In this document: positions 9,106-19,246 of the stretch, piece after piece
Layout of the letters: each line of letters starts with the position of its first letter
Numbering within the stretch: the stretch's first letter is position 1
From: an uncultured bacterium
GTDB lineage: Bacteria; AUK180
Direction of reading: 5' to 3'
Length of the DNA stretch: 64,000 nucleotides
Assembly (NCBI GenBank): GCA_937863565.1
Contig: CALMGJ010000011.1
Location: forward strand, 62,001 to 126,000
Position numbers and translations under genes: made by a program
Notes under the pieces: model-generated
Databases searched by the model: none
Seen by the model: the letters and a program-made list of their open reading frames with translations, nothing else
What the model was told of the DNA's origin: nothing

Positions 9106-9174
9106 GGGGAGCAGGGATTCGAACCCCAATTAGCGGAGCCAGAGTCCGCGGTCCTGCCGTTAGACGACTCCCCA
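9101..9174 (-). tRNA. tRNA-Gln (anticodon CUG)
   Basis: TGGGGAGTCGTCTAACGGCAGGACCGCGGACTCTGGCTCCGCTAATTGGGGTTCGAATCCCTGCTCCCCAGCCA; cloverleaf with encoded CCA. Confidence 0.96.
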
Positions 9175-9185
9175 GCATTGGGTTG

Positions 9186-9214
9186 ATTATATATGATTTT
9201 TTCTTTTTAGTCAA
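9186..9214 (-). promoter_or_regulatory. sigma70-type promoter of tRNA-Gln
   Basis: TTGACT-17bp-TATAAT on the minus strand just upstream of the tRNA. Confidence 0.75.
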
Positions 9215-9245
9215 ATATCCGAGCTGGGGTCTTTTTAAATATTGC

Positions 9246-10490
9246 TCACGGTTCCAGGACTATATTTCTCTGTGTAAGATCGAAAGCGATCCTCTTCGTT
9301 TCGTATTTTTCCGGCGCGGGGCTGTCTACGCTCAATACCGAGGGCATCTTGCCGTCAGGCCCCATTTCACATTTATAAATAAGCTTTGTCATTGAAACGG
9401 GATCGTCCGGGATCTCGCCGGGATACTTTTCGGAAGTGATATCAATGCCCTGCGCCATCTCATCTTGGATTTTTGTAAGGAATTTACTGATAATATCTTC
9501 AAAAACCACATAATTCTTCAATGAAGAAGCTTTTTTAATTTGACCAAGCCATTTCTTGAAGCCGACAGGCAGATATCTTTCATCTATCTTCTCTGCAAGC
9601 GCTCTTGCCTTCTGTAATTCTCCCAGGCCCATCGTTATTTTAAGGTCCATCAGCTGTATTCTCATTCTTATACTCTCATAAACAGCTGTTGGCTGATTCT
9701 CGGCATCGATCTTTTTCAGATACTCTCTTGCTTTCAAATAGTTCTTTTTGGAATATTGATATATCATGCTGATCATGTAAAAATCGAGCTGCATATCGCT
9801 GTATACGGTGTCGATGCCTTTTTCGATCTCTTCGGATAACTCCAGGAATTCTTTTTCATATTTCTCAAGATCATCGTTCAAGCTCGCGGCAAGGATATTG
9901 AATTTCATGCTTTTAGCATAGGTATCTGCGGGTGAGTGAGAAAGGATATCCCCGGTGATCTTCAGAATGCCTTCTGTATCTTTGCGGACCTGTAGTTTCT
10001 CTATCAGGGTCTTGGCGTTCTCATATGAATATTCCTTTGAATACTCTTCCAGCACTTTCCCGTAAGCCCTGTTCTTGATAAAAAGCTCCTCCAGAGCGCT
10101 CAGGTAGTCCTCGGCGGGATAATAGCCTACAAGACGGTCCACTTCTTTCTCGTTGCCGTCAATGAACAATATTGTCGGATATCCGGTAACATTGAATTTT
10201 TTTGGAAGATAGGTCTCCTCTTCTGCATTGATCTTTAAAGGCACAAGGTTCTTGTTCACGAAGGCGATGACCTGCGTATCGGTATATGTCTTGCTGTCAA
10301 GTTCTTTACACCACGAACACCAATCGGTGTAAAGGTCCACCATTATTGGTTTGCCGCTGTGTTTTGATATCGTCAATGCCTCTTCGAGCGATGTAAGGAA
10401 TTTTATCTCTTTCGGCTCCCTTGCACAGGATGAGAACAGGAGAGCTATGGTTGCCAGAACACTGAAAAACAAAGCTTTTTTCATTTTCAT
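9246..10490 (-). CDS. Thioredoxin-fold lipoprotein with helical C-terminal region
   Basis: Lipobox-like LFSSC, active-site WCSWC, cis-Pro loop GYPT. Confidence 0.8.
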   Translation of the reverse strand: MKMKKALFFSVLATIALLFSSCAREPKEIKFLTSLEEALTISKHSGKPIMVDLYTDWCSWCKELDSKTYTDTQVIAFVNKNLVPLKINAEEETYLPKKFNVTGYPTILFIDGNEKEVDRLVGYYPAEDYLSALEELFIKNRAYGKVLEEYSKEYSYENAKTLIEKLQVRKDTEGILKITGDILSHSPADTYAKSMKFNILAASLNDDLEKYEKEFLELSEEIEKGIDTVYSDMQLDFYMISMIYQYSKKNYLKAREYLKKIDAENQPTAVYESIRMRIQLMDLKITMGLGELQKARALAEKIDERYLPVGFKKWLGQIKKASSLKNYVVFEDIISKFLTKIQDEMAQGIDITSEKYPGEIPDDPVSMTKLIYKCEMGPDGKMPSVLSVDSPAPEKYETKRIAFDLTQRNIVLEP

Positions 10491-10540
10491 AAGGACCTCA
10501 TTACGGATATTATACTGGAAAACCGTGAAAATGCAAAATG

Positions 10541-10568
10541 AAAAGGGAGGCGGCCGGAGCCGCCTCCC
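10541..10568 (-). terminator. Intrinsic terminator of the TBDR-PorV-cargo operon
   Basis: 10-bp stem GGGAGGCGGC/GCCGCCTCCC followed by TTTTCATTTT on the minus strand. Confidence 0.8.
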
Positions 10569-10597
10569 GCAAGATATAATATCCCTTTACGGGGATA

Positions 10598-13468
10598 TTA
10601 TTTTAAAATAGCGAATGTGCCCGTTCTCTTGCCTTTATCGGAATCGATAGAATACAAGTATACGCCGGAAACGAGCGTAGCGCCGCCCGGGTTCTTAAGG
10701 TCTATCGTAAGTTCCGTTGCGTCAAATTCTTCTTCGAGGACTTTTACGCCGCTTACCGTGAACACGGAGATCGTGCCTGTACCCACAAGGTTCGTGAATG
10801 TTACATTGTCCCCTGTTGCGGGCGAAGGATATGTATGCACCATTTCAAGATCATCGAACTCTGTCGAGAAATACTTCAAGTATTCTCCCGATTGGCTTAC
10901 ATCGTATCCTTCCGTATCAGACGGGTAAATGCCTTCGCCGTATGTCCACCAGCCGCTGGCTTCAACGATATAATTATCCACCTGCATTGTCATCGGCGAA
11001 TCGAGGTGGAGTGTTGCCGTCCTGCTCTCGATATCGTAATCCACCATATTGACATAATGGTAGTTGGCGAAATCGTCCATATAAACGAAATACAGCCAGC
11101 TGTCTTTCACTCCGAAGGAATAGAAATCGAGATACATGTCCTTGGAGAAGGTGACGGAGACCGTCTGCTCGTTGATCATCTTGGCGGATACGACTTTCGG
11201 ATAAACAGCCGTTTGTGTGACGGCGACTGTATTTGCCGAGGAATCAATATCGAAATAAAGCGTATCTTCGATATTGGCCGTGATCGTATATTCTGTGTTC
11301 AGAACAAGTTCCGAAGCAAAATAAAGCGTGACCACATCGCCGCTAACATCCGCATAGTCAATGTCAAGTACGGGAGATACGCCGTAATTCGCGGGATCCC
11401 CGGCTGAAACGGGATCGACATCCCCGCTGAACGTTAGTTCAACGGTTATATAGTCGATGATCTCGGCTTCGTCAAGCGTCAGATAATCTCCGGCAAGACT
11501 GCATGAGGCCGTATAATCATTGATCGGCTTCCCGTCAGCTGAAATGACGGATTCCGTGGAAACATAGATATCGTAAGGCGTTCCGTATGAAAGATCGGTG
11601 CCGAAATAAAGAGTTACGACTGCGCCGCTGATATCTTCGATCGAGGTCGGATACGGCTGATAGAACCCTATATTGTTGCAGGCCGAGTCGTCCACATTCT
11701 CTGAAAATGTCAATTCAATATGATTGGCATCAGTGATCTCGGCGGAAAGCAAGTTGAATGGCGATATAAAATCGAATGTCGTCGTCTCATCAAAGGTGCC
11801 CAGATCGGTTATGACCGCATCATCTATCTCGAAGAGATGATCGTTGCTGCCCCAGACAAAAGGAGAGGCGAACTGAAGCGTCATCGTTTTTGAACCCGGG
11901 GTGAAATCCATTGCCATAGGCGTGACACTGTCGACTTCGACCCGGTTGTAACCTTCAATGTCATAATTGAAATCTACTTTGATCGTATAAAGGTCGATCA
12001 CCGTCACCGATTTAATGATCTGGATGATGCTGAACGAATACACATACGATGTAAGGCCTATATTGCCGTTCGCAGTATTGACGGCTTGGAGCACCCACTT
12101 ATAATCGCCTGCGGGGAAAGCCATCTGAACAGGATCCGTATTCGTATAGGCATATTCCTCTATCGTCTCCCCGTCGTAGATCTTGAGAAGATAAGTGTCG
12201 GCCGTCCAGCCGGTCTCGGAGTTCGTGAAAGTATCCCAGGTGAAGGTGACCGTCTCGTTCTCTACGTTCTGCACAAGTTCGTCGGCCGGCCCGAGAGCGT
12301 CGAATGTCTCCGTTGTCGGGATATAGAAATAATCCCCGGGCATAACGGACTGAAGGAATCCGCCCGTGCCGGAATCATAGGTCACTCTTCCGTTCCCCAA
12401 GCAGAATAGCGTATATGTCGCGCCTTCAGTGAGACCTTCGAAAAGAATATTGTTATTGTATCCGAAATAATCCGAAACGGCAGATATGACCGGAGAAACA
12501 AGTCCGAAGATGATATCATCCTCGTCTGTTCCGTATGGATATAACCCTACGGTCACATCATCATAATAAACATAGGCTGATTGAAGGTCCTCAACTGCGC
12601 CGACCAGTTTATCCGCATAATCCTCGGCGGAAGTATATGCCGCCCAGGGTGTAGGGATCCCGTATGTGAACGCGGTATCGCAGTTCTCAGAGGTCTCGTC
12701 ATCGCCGTAAATACCGTTCCCCGCAATGCTCTTGGATTCGGTTGACTCGCTATAATCCGTTCTCTGATATGTATAATACCTGAATCCGGCATTGCCCAGA
12801 GCGTTCCCGAGATCGTCGTAGCTTACCGCGGCTGTCTGCGAATTCACGGAGGTTTCGTCCGCATATGCCGAAAGGTCGGTATCGGCATCCGGGCCGTCTA
12901 TCGTGATGCCGGTCTTTGATACTCCCTCGACTTTATCACCGTACACGAAGTAATCGATATCCTTTACCAGATCGGAGACCCCGTCCCAGTAGTACATTAT
13001 CAATACTTCGCCGTCATCGGTGAGGCCCGGGCTTGCATCGGGCGTTCCGTCGCCGGAAACGTCTATCATTTGAGCGGTTGTACCGCCGGTGGTCCCGTGT
13101 GCGAAATCCGCATATTCGCCATAGGCGGAATAGAAATAATCGCCTCTCATTGCAACAACGATATAAGATTTCGGAGCGATCTTCGTGCCATTCGGGAATC
13201 TCCCGTGAAAATCCGATGATGAGGATCCGCCCTGATTTGCGCCGGTCACGATCTTATAGTAAAGAAGCGTCCCGGATGTTGCGTCTGTAACATAGACATT
13301 TGAAAGGTCGATCTCATAATCCGTAGGATTGTAGATCTCGTAGTATTCCGCAGACTGACTTGTTGCCGCCACTTCGGTGATCAGAAGGTGCTGCTGGGGA
13401 AGTCTGTCAGCGGCAAAAGGCAGAACGGCCAGAAGAGCCAAAATTATGATCGTGAAAAACTTTTTCAT
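10598..13468 (-). CDS. Secreted acidic protein: lamin-tail domain, Ig-like repeats, T9SS-type-A-like C-terminal domain
   Basis: Signal peptide; LLITEV...EYYEIYNPT...IDLS (LTD); about four Ig-like repeats (AEITDANHIELTFSENVD type); C-terminus YPSP...IS VFTVSG...SGVYLY...GTFAILK. Confidence 0.8.
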   Translation of the reverse strand: MKKFFTIIILALLAVLPFAADRLPQQHLLITEVAATSQSAEYYEIYNPTDYEIDLSNVYVTDATSGTLLYYKIVTGANQGGSSSSDFHGRFPNGTKIAPKSYIVVAMRGDYFYSAYGEYADFAHGTTGGTTAQMIDVSGDGTPDASPGLTDDGEVLIMYYWDGVSDLVKDIDYFVYGDKVEGVSKTGITIDGPDADTDLSAYADETSVNSQTAAVSYDDLGNALGNAGFRYYTYQRTDYSESTESKSIAGNGIYGDDETSENCDTAFTYGIPTPWAAYTSAEDYADKLVGAVEDLQSAYVYYDDVTVGLYPYGTDEDDIIFGLVSPVISAVSDYFGYNNNILFEGLTEGATYTLFCLGNGRVTYDSGTGGFLQSVMPGDYFYIPTTETFDALGPADELVQNVENETVTFTWDTFTNSETGWTADTYLLKIYDGETIEEYAYTNTDPVQMAFPAGDYKWVLQAVNTANGNIGLTSYVYSFSIIQIIKSVTVIDLYTIKVDFNYDIEGYNRVEVDSVTPMAMDFTPGSKTMTLQFASPFVWGSNDHLFEIDDAVITDLGTFDETTTFDFISPFNLLSAEITDANHIELTFSENVDDSACNNIGFYQPYPTSIEDISGAVVTLYFGTDLSYGTPYDIYVSTESVISADGKPINDYTASCSLAGDYLTLDEAEIIDYITVELTFSGDVDPVSAGDPANYGVSPVLDIDYADVSGDVVTLYFASELVLNTEYTITANIEDTLYFDIDSSANTVAVTQTAVYPKVVSAKMINEQTVSVTFSKDMYLDFYSFGVKDSWLYFVYMDDFANYHYVNMVDYDIESRTATLHLDSPMTMQVDNYIVEASGWWTYGEGIYPSDTEGYDVSQSGEYLKYFSTEFDDLEMVHTYPSPATGDNVTFTNLVGTGTISVFTVSGVKVLEEEFDATELTIDLKNPGGATLVSGVYLYSIDSDKGKRTGTFAILK

Positions 13469-13479
13469 TGCCCGCCTCC

Positions 13480-14388
13480 TTAAAATGTGAATGTTACGCC
13501 GACGCGGTGGAGGGCGTTGAAATCATAGCTCGCAAGCCCGAACGCATAATCTACGGAGACATTGAAGTTCTCGAGCAGTTCTTTCTCGGCGCCGAAGCCG
13601 AATGTGAGCCCCTCAACGCTTCCCGTTTTATATCCGGCCCTGATCGCTATTATATCCATCAGTTTGTATTCAGCTCCCGCGTGGATCATCATGCTGTTGT
13701 AATTGGGTTTTTCAACATCCACTGCGATGAGGAGTTCGTCCATCGCCTGATACGATACTCCTATGCGGAAGGTCATGGGAAGGGGCATGGCCTCTTCCAC
13801 CATTTCCTTTTCAATGACGGGCAGATAGTTCGCCGCAATGCCCGCGGAAAGCTTATCCATTTTATAAATGAGCCCGATATTGACGAACCATGCGGTTGCA
13901 GCGTATGAATCGATATTCTCTTTCACGGCGCCGGCGCCGACACCCAAGTAGAGAGCATCGGAAAGCTGCGTGGAAAGAGAGAAGGTCATCATATTGTCAT
14001 TGGGCACGAACTGCTGCCTCAAATAGAACCCGTACTCGTCATATTTATCTATCGAGGGATAGTTGAGCACTTTCCACTGGAAGCCCAGAACGAATTTACC
14101 GAAAAGCGGCAGGGCCAGTTGGAGATTGTTCAGAGAAGAACCCTCAAGTACCCAGTTCATATAGGTGAAGCTGATCGAGGATTTCTCCATGTTGCCCACC
14201 GATGCAAGGTTATAGGAAAGGCCTTCGGCATTTCCCATCAGAGAAGAGAACGCCCCTCCCATACCGCCCGCTTTCACTGACGCGTCTATATTAAGGTATG
14301 TGTAGGCAGAGGAGCCGACATCGGTATAGACGGAGAAGACCGAGAACGGTATCAGAAGAGCGGTGATCAGAATTATTAGTTTTCTCAT
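13480..14388 (-). CDS. PorV/PorQ-family outer-membrane beta-barrel
   Basis: Signal peptide, YLNIDASVKAGGMGGA...YNLA, LPMTFRIG, IRAGY, VDYA...HRVGVTFTF. Confidence 0.8.
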   Translation of the reverse strand: MRKLIILITALLIPFSVFSVYTDVGSSAYTYLNIDASVKAGGMGGAFSSLMGNAEGLSYNLASVGNMEKSSISFTYMNWVLEGSSLNNLQLALPLFGKFVLGFQWKVLNYPSIDKYDEYGFYLRQQFVPNDNMMTFSLSTQLSDALYLGVGAGAVKENIDSYAATAWFVNIGLIYKMDKLSAGIAANYLPVIEKEMVEEAMPLPMTFRIGVSYQAMDELLIAVDVEKPNYNSMMIHAGAEYKLMDIIAIRAGYKTGSVEGLTFGFGAEKELLENFNVSVDYAFGLASYDFNALHRVGVTFTF

Positions 14389-14400
14389 ATACGCACTCCT

Positions 14401-16995
14401 TTAAAAATCGATTTCAAGTCCCCAGGTGTATCTTCTGCCCGTGCCGCCTGTGGCGTACGACCAGGGTTTACCCGTGTAGGGATCTATGTCGCCGAGATCA
14501 TTACCGCCCGCACCTCTGAGATTGAAATGGTCCAGAAGGTTCCTGCAGGTGATATTGAACCAGTAATGTCCGCCAAACCAGTTCATCGGAAGCCTGAATT
14601 TCACTTTTACGTCAATGCGGGAATATGCCGGATATCTTTCCGAGTTCCACACATTGGCCGGATCCGTGGCATATGTCGATTCACCCTCCTCGTAGATGCC
14701 GTCCCCTTCGGAGCCGTCGGCATCGGGCGGAATGTCGCCATCGCCGATATCCGTATAATCTCCGTCAAGGTTGGCGTCTTTTTTCTGCGTTCCGTCACGC
14801 CCGTAATCTTTGAATGCGTCGTGAGGCGTATAAGGATATCCGGAACCGTATCTCCATATGATATTGAAGAACGCCCATTCGCTCTTGAAGAGAAGATTGG
14901 CATTGACGGTATGTCTCTGATCATAGTCAAGATAATATTCGATGCCGTAGTTCGGATCGTCTTTTGATATTTCGTCATACCAATTATACTGCATGTTCTT
15001 GCCTTTCGCTTCCATGAGCGTATAGGTGATCCAGCCTTCAAAATAATTGGAGAACACCTTCTTGAATGTCAGTTCGAGGCCTTCAACGTGCGCGGTCGCG
15101 ACATTTGAATAGGCTTCCTTGTCTATAACCGGATCATAATATGTCGAAACGACGTCATCAAGCCATTTCTTGAAAACGGAGGCTTCGAAAAGATAATCTT
15201 TGCCGAGAGACTGCTGGATGCCGAGCTCAAGGTTGGTCGCTCCTTCCGGTTCCACGGCCTCATCGCCCCAGTCAAAATCATATCCGAGATACCAGGATGC
15301 TCCGCTGTCCTCTTCGTAAACCGCTTCGACGGGAGGAGCCTGATACATTAAAGAGAAGCTTCCCCGGACGAGGGTCGAGGGCGTGATCTGATAGTTCACG
15401 CCGACTCTGGGTTGGAACTTGAGATTATCCGTTTCAAGATATCCCCAGTAATCGAACCTGAGGCCGTAACTCAGAAGGAGAGCGTCGGTGATATCCCATT
15501 TGTCCTGAATATATCCGTTGGTCTGGTAATATTCGTGGATATGGTCTTCAAGATAGAAGTAAGCGGGATAGAACATCTCGAAAGGATAGAATTCAAGATA
15601 GGCCGTATCGAGCATGAACACGCCCCAGTAAAGGTCCGTATGTACTCTCTGGATGTCGAAGCCGAGTTTCAGATTATGTCCGGTGAACGTGTCCGAGGAA
15701 AGGTCGAACCTTATTTCCGTATTGGTATGCCTCGATCTCTGATGCGCGTAATAATCCCCCGGAGCAAGTTCTTCGAAGGGCTTGATCTCGTAATAACTTT
15801 CTGCGCCGGTCGCCGAATCGACATCTCTCGCCCCGAAATCTATTCCCGAATGAAAATAGGAGATGGCCAGTTTGAAATAGGTATCATTGGAGATCGTCCT
15901 GTTGTAAAGGAGATGATGATACCTGTTGGACTGGTGCTGGATGGGCCAGCCCGAATATCCGAGCGCTTCATACTTCATCTTGATCCTTATCCAGGCGAAC
16001 CCGTATTCAGTATGATACTGGAGTCTGTCTGTCGGGGAGATCTTATAATCGAGCTTGAAGTGATAATCGTGGAATTCCTCGTAGTCCTTGTTCTGGAACC
16101 CGGATGAAGTCGATGAATCCGCATAAAAAGCCTGCCCCGCAAGGAGGAATCCCAGTTTATTGTCCGGTACGAACGGTACGGGGCCTTCGAATTCGAAGTT
16201 ATACTCTTCTTCACCGAAAAGTCGGTATCTGGTGGCATCTCCAAACCAGTCGGGGATCGCATTCGAAGTATTGAAATCCGCATTGAAAGAGTAATCGTTC
16301 GTCTCGGGATTTCTGGTAACCGTATTGATAACGCCGCCGAGGGCATTGCCGTATTCGGCGTCAAAACCGCCGGTGATAACGTTCACCTCTCCCATAACTC
16401 CTTTTGCACTTACGACGGCGCCGAAGGTATTATGGAACGGGTCCATTATCGAAAGACCGTCCATCAAAAATGTGGTATTGCTCTCTCTCGTACCCCTGAC
16501 TTTCATCTGGCCGTCCTCGTTTGTAACGACTCCCGGGGCAATCTGGGCCGCGCGGAAGATGTCGCGAGAGGACATATCGATTATCTGTGTATGGTCGATC
16601 TTGGTCAGTGCTCCGATCTGGTTTTTATTGAGAAGGACGCGGTCAGCCAGGATGATGATCGGTGTTTTAATCTCGATGGGCGCTTCCTTAAGCTCAACGC
16701 TGATGGTCGTCGTCTGATCGATGGAGACCACGATGCCCTCAACGGTGACCGGCTGATAGCCGAGTTTTTCGATAAGAAGGGAATACATGCCGACGGGAAG
16801 ACCGGCGAACATGAAAAGACCCGACATATCACTACCTGTCGAAAATCCGATCTCAACGATGGTAACCTTCACCTCCTCTATCGGTACCCCGGTATCCTGG
16901 TCAAGGATGAATCCCATAATGGAACCGGTGGTGCCGGCATGGATGGTCACCAAGCTCGCGAAAACGAGCAGGATCAGTAAAATGACTTTCTTCAC
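14401..16995 (-). CDS. TonB-dependent receptor with N-terminal carboxypeptidase-regulatory-like domain
   Basis: GTG start with GGAGG; GTTGSIMGFILD N-domain; plug motifs VRG...FLMDG and ITGGFDAEYGNALGGVINTVT; terminal WGLEIDF. Confidence 0.88.
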   Translation of the reverse strand: MKKVILLILLVFASLVTIHAGTTGSIMGFILDQDTGVPIEEVKVTIVEIGFSTGSDMSGLFMFAGLPVGMYSLLIEKLGYQPVTVEGIVVSIDQTTTISVELKEAPIEIKTPIIILADRVLLNKNQIGALTKIDHTQIIDMSSRDIFRAAQIAPGVVTNEDGQMKVRGTRESNTTFLMDGLSIMDPFHNTFGAVVSAKGVMGEVNVITGGFDAEYGNALGGVINTVTRNPETNDYSFNADFNTSNAIPDWFGDATRYRLFGEEEYNFEFEGPVPFVPDNKLGFLLAGQAFYADSSTSSGFQNKDYEEFHDYHFKLDYKISPTDRLQYHTEYGFAWIRIKMKYEALGYSGWPIQHQSNRYHHLLYNRTISNDTYFKLAISYFHSGIDFGARDVDSATGAESYYEIKPFEELAPGDYYAHQRSRHTNTEIRFDLSSDTFTGHNLKLGFDIQRVHTDLYWGVFMLDTAYLEFYPFEMFYPAYFYLEDHIHEYYQTNGYIQDKWDITDALLLSYGLRFDYWGYLETDNLKFQPRVGVNYQITPSTLVRGSFSLMYQAPPVEAVYEEDSGASWYLGYDFDWGDEAVEPEGATNLELGIQQSLGKDYLFEASVFKKWLDDVVSTYYDPVIDKEAYSNVATAHVEGLELTFKKVFSNYFEGWITYTLMEAKGKNMQYNWYDEISKDDPNYGIEYYLDYDQRHTVNANLLFKSEWAFFNIIWRYGSGYPYTPHDAFKDYGRDGTQKKDANLDGDYTDIGDGDIPPDADGSEGDGIYEEGESTYATDPANVWNSERYPAYSRIDVKVKFRLPMNWFGGHYWFNITCRNLLDHFNLRGAGGNDLGDIDPYTGKPWSYATGGTGRRYTWGLEIDF

Positions 16996-17030
16996 TCCAC
17001 ACCTCCGAAATAATTTTTGATTACGTATGA

Positions 17031-17058
17031 ATTATACATTTTTTGTAAAAAAAATCAA
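17031..17058 (-). promoter_or_regulatory. Putative promoter of the TBDR operon
   Basis: TTGATT-16bp-TATAAT on the minus strand. Confidence 0.55.
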
Positions 17059-17064
17059 GATTCC

Positions 17065-19242
17065 CTACTTCAGAAGCTCCAATCCCTTCTTTAATAACTT
17101 GTTCCCCTCGCTTTTTATGTCTTCTTTCGCCTTTTCCTTTGCCGTTTTCTCGATCTCGGAAATATCGGGTTTGATCAACGGGGTTTTCAGCGTGCCCGAG
17201 ATGATGACCCCAAATGAGATATCCCCGCCCTTTGAAAGATACCGGGAATACTTTTCGAGGAAGGGGTACTTTCCGATCGGGCCTTCCGCTTTAATGCTCA
17301 TATCCAGAGCGCCTTCAAATCCGATCGTTCCCGAAGGGGACAGCTTTCCGAGTTCGGAACTGATGCCCGTATCCCGGATTTCGATCTTATTATCCTTTAT
17401 CTCCGCTGTTCCGGACATGGAATCGAACGAAACGGTATCTTTCGATCTCCCGTTGATAAGATCCATTAATGAGGCTATGATCTCTTTATTTTTTATATAA
17501 CCTTTTCCGGAAGAGAATTTTATTTCCCCTTTTTCGAGCGCCATAGCGTCGGTGCGGCCGCGTATGTATCCGGAACCGCTGATCTCGGTGAAAAGAAACC
17601 CGCTTAGTCCATTTTTCAATGCGCCGAGAAGCGGGTCTGTATTTATTCCCTTTATTTCAAACGCAGACACGAAACTCTGATCGGCAAGATCCAGTGTCAT
17701 ATCGCCGTTGAAGCTGCCTCCGTAAATGTCGAAGCGCATCGGTTTCATTGTGATCCCCGTTTTCACCGAATTCAACTCAGCAAAAAAGTTCCTCACTTCC
17801 GCATTGCCGATAGTGCCCTTTTGCACTTCCACGAAAAGATCTACTTCATACGGCATTTCTGCGGGCAAGGCCGGTGCTGCGTTTTTTCCCGCAGCAGGAT
17901 TTGACATCCCCCCGCCCGGCATCATCGAAGCGGCGAAGCCGGAAATGTACAGCACATCGATAAGATCGGAATATATCTTTCCATTGGCCTTTTTATTCTT
18001 CAGATCGCTCACAAGGTCTATGAACGCCGTATTTTTCCCTATCTTAAACGTACCCTTCTTTATCTCGAATTTATCGCCCGTTTTGGAGAAGGGGATCCCG
18101 AGCGTCAGGCTTTCTCCGGTCCCTTTTATCCCGGTATTCCCGGAGAACAGGTCGATCGTTCCCTTAATATCGGAACCGGCATTCAGGATATCAGCCGACA
18201 TCGAAATCTCATAGTTCCCGGTAAACGGCATCAAGGCAGGCAGGAGTTTGCTCACATTCTTCAAATCCCCTTTGGAGGTAAGCGTGAATTTCCCCGTTGA
18301 ATCCGCCGTGTTGAAAACAATGCCGAAGGATGCGGTGACGGCAGAGTCGATGACGCCGCTTTCTATCGTCAGCGCTTTGCCGTCGAACATGAACGGAACC
18401 GTAACGGTGCCCGAAAAGGTGAAGGTGTCCATGACCAGGCCTTTGACCGTGCATTCGGCTGAACCGGAAAAACCTGCGGGACCTTCGGCGGATACTTTCG
18501 CTTTTATATCGAGCATGCCTTCCATCCTCGGAGCGGGCGGATATATTTCGGGGAGTTTCGACAGCATGATATCGGATACATTAACATCAAAAGCGCCTTT
18601 CATCGAAGCTGCATCGACATTGCCGCGCGCTTCCAAGCGCATATCCCCTATATATCCGCTCACCTCAAGTGTTCCGCCCTTATATATATCGAATCCGGAG
18701 GATCTTGTATTTATTTTTTCAACAGTCAGGGAGAATTTATCCTTTTCATTAACAAGATCGACGATGCCGTCCTCGAGGTTCAGGTATCCCAATGCAAGGC
18801 CGAAAGCAGGCAGCGCTTGCCTTTCATTCACCGTCTTACCCGTCTTTTCGCCTGCAAGAGACGCAAGATCGCTATAATTGAACGAACCGTCCTCTTTGAC
18901 TATGATCCTGATGTAGGGCCTTACGACGCTAATCCGGTCGATCCGGATCTCTTTTTTTAATAGGCTTTTAAGATCATAGCTCAGATAGATCTTTTCTGTC
19001 CTTGCAAAAACCGTCTGCGCATCAGATTCCCTGATCTCTATTCTGCGGATCTCGAGCCCTCTGAAAATATTAAAGCTGATGGTGCCGATAGTGATCTTCC
19101 TTCCGGTGGAAGCCGTTGCCGCGCGTTCGATCTGCCGTCTTACTTTGGACGAGTTCAGAGCGATATTCAAACCCGCGAGAGCGGCGCCTAATAGCGCCGC
19201 AAAGCACAGAAGAACGATCAAAAACGCTTTCAATATTCTCAT
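17065..19242 (-). CDS. AsmA-family protein
   Basis: N-terminal TM anchor, ASTGRKITIGTISFNIF, DGSFNYSDL, YGGSFNG, C-terminal ISGTLKTP; start ATG 19242 just after folP stop. Confidence 0.82.
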   Translation of the reverse strand: MRILKAFLIVLLCFAALLGAALAGLNIALNSSKVRRQIERAATASTGRKITIGTISFNIFRGLEIRRIEIRESDAQTVFARTEKIYLSYDLKSLLKKEIRIDRISVVRPYIRIIVKEDGSFNYSDLASLAGEKTGKTVNERQALPAFGLALGYLNLEDGIVDLVNEKDKFSLTVEKINTRSSGFDIYKGGTLEVSGYIGDMRLEARGNVDAASMKGAFDVNVSDIMLSKLPEIYPPAPRMEGMLDIKAKVSAEGPAGFSGSAECTVKGLVMDTFTFSGTVTVPFMFDGKALTIESGVIDSAVTASFGIVFNTADSTGKFTLTSKGDLKNVSKLLPALMPFTGNYEISMSADILNAGSDIKGTIDLFSGNTGIKGTGESLTLGIPFSKTGDKFEIKKGTFKIGKNTAFIDLVSDLKNKKANGKIYSDLIDVLYISGFAASMMPGGGMSNPAAGKNAAPALPAEMPYEVDLFVEVQKGTIGNAEVRNFFAELNSVKTGITMKPMRFDIYGGSFNGDMTLDLADQSFVSAFEIKGINTDPLLGALKNGLSGFLFTEISGSGYIRGRTDAMALEKGEIKFSSGKGYIKNKEIIASLMDLINGRSKDTVSFDSMSGTAEIKDNKIEIRDTGISSELGKLSPSGTIGFEGALDMSIKAEGPIGKYPFLEKYSRYLSKGGDISFGVIISGTLKTPLIKPDISEIEKTAKEKAKEDIKSEGNKLLKKGLELLK

Positions 19243-19246
19243 CTTT

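Noticed and set aside
8869-9186. 105-aa + strand ORF
   Set aside because: Runs antisense through tRNA-Gln and the repeats
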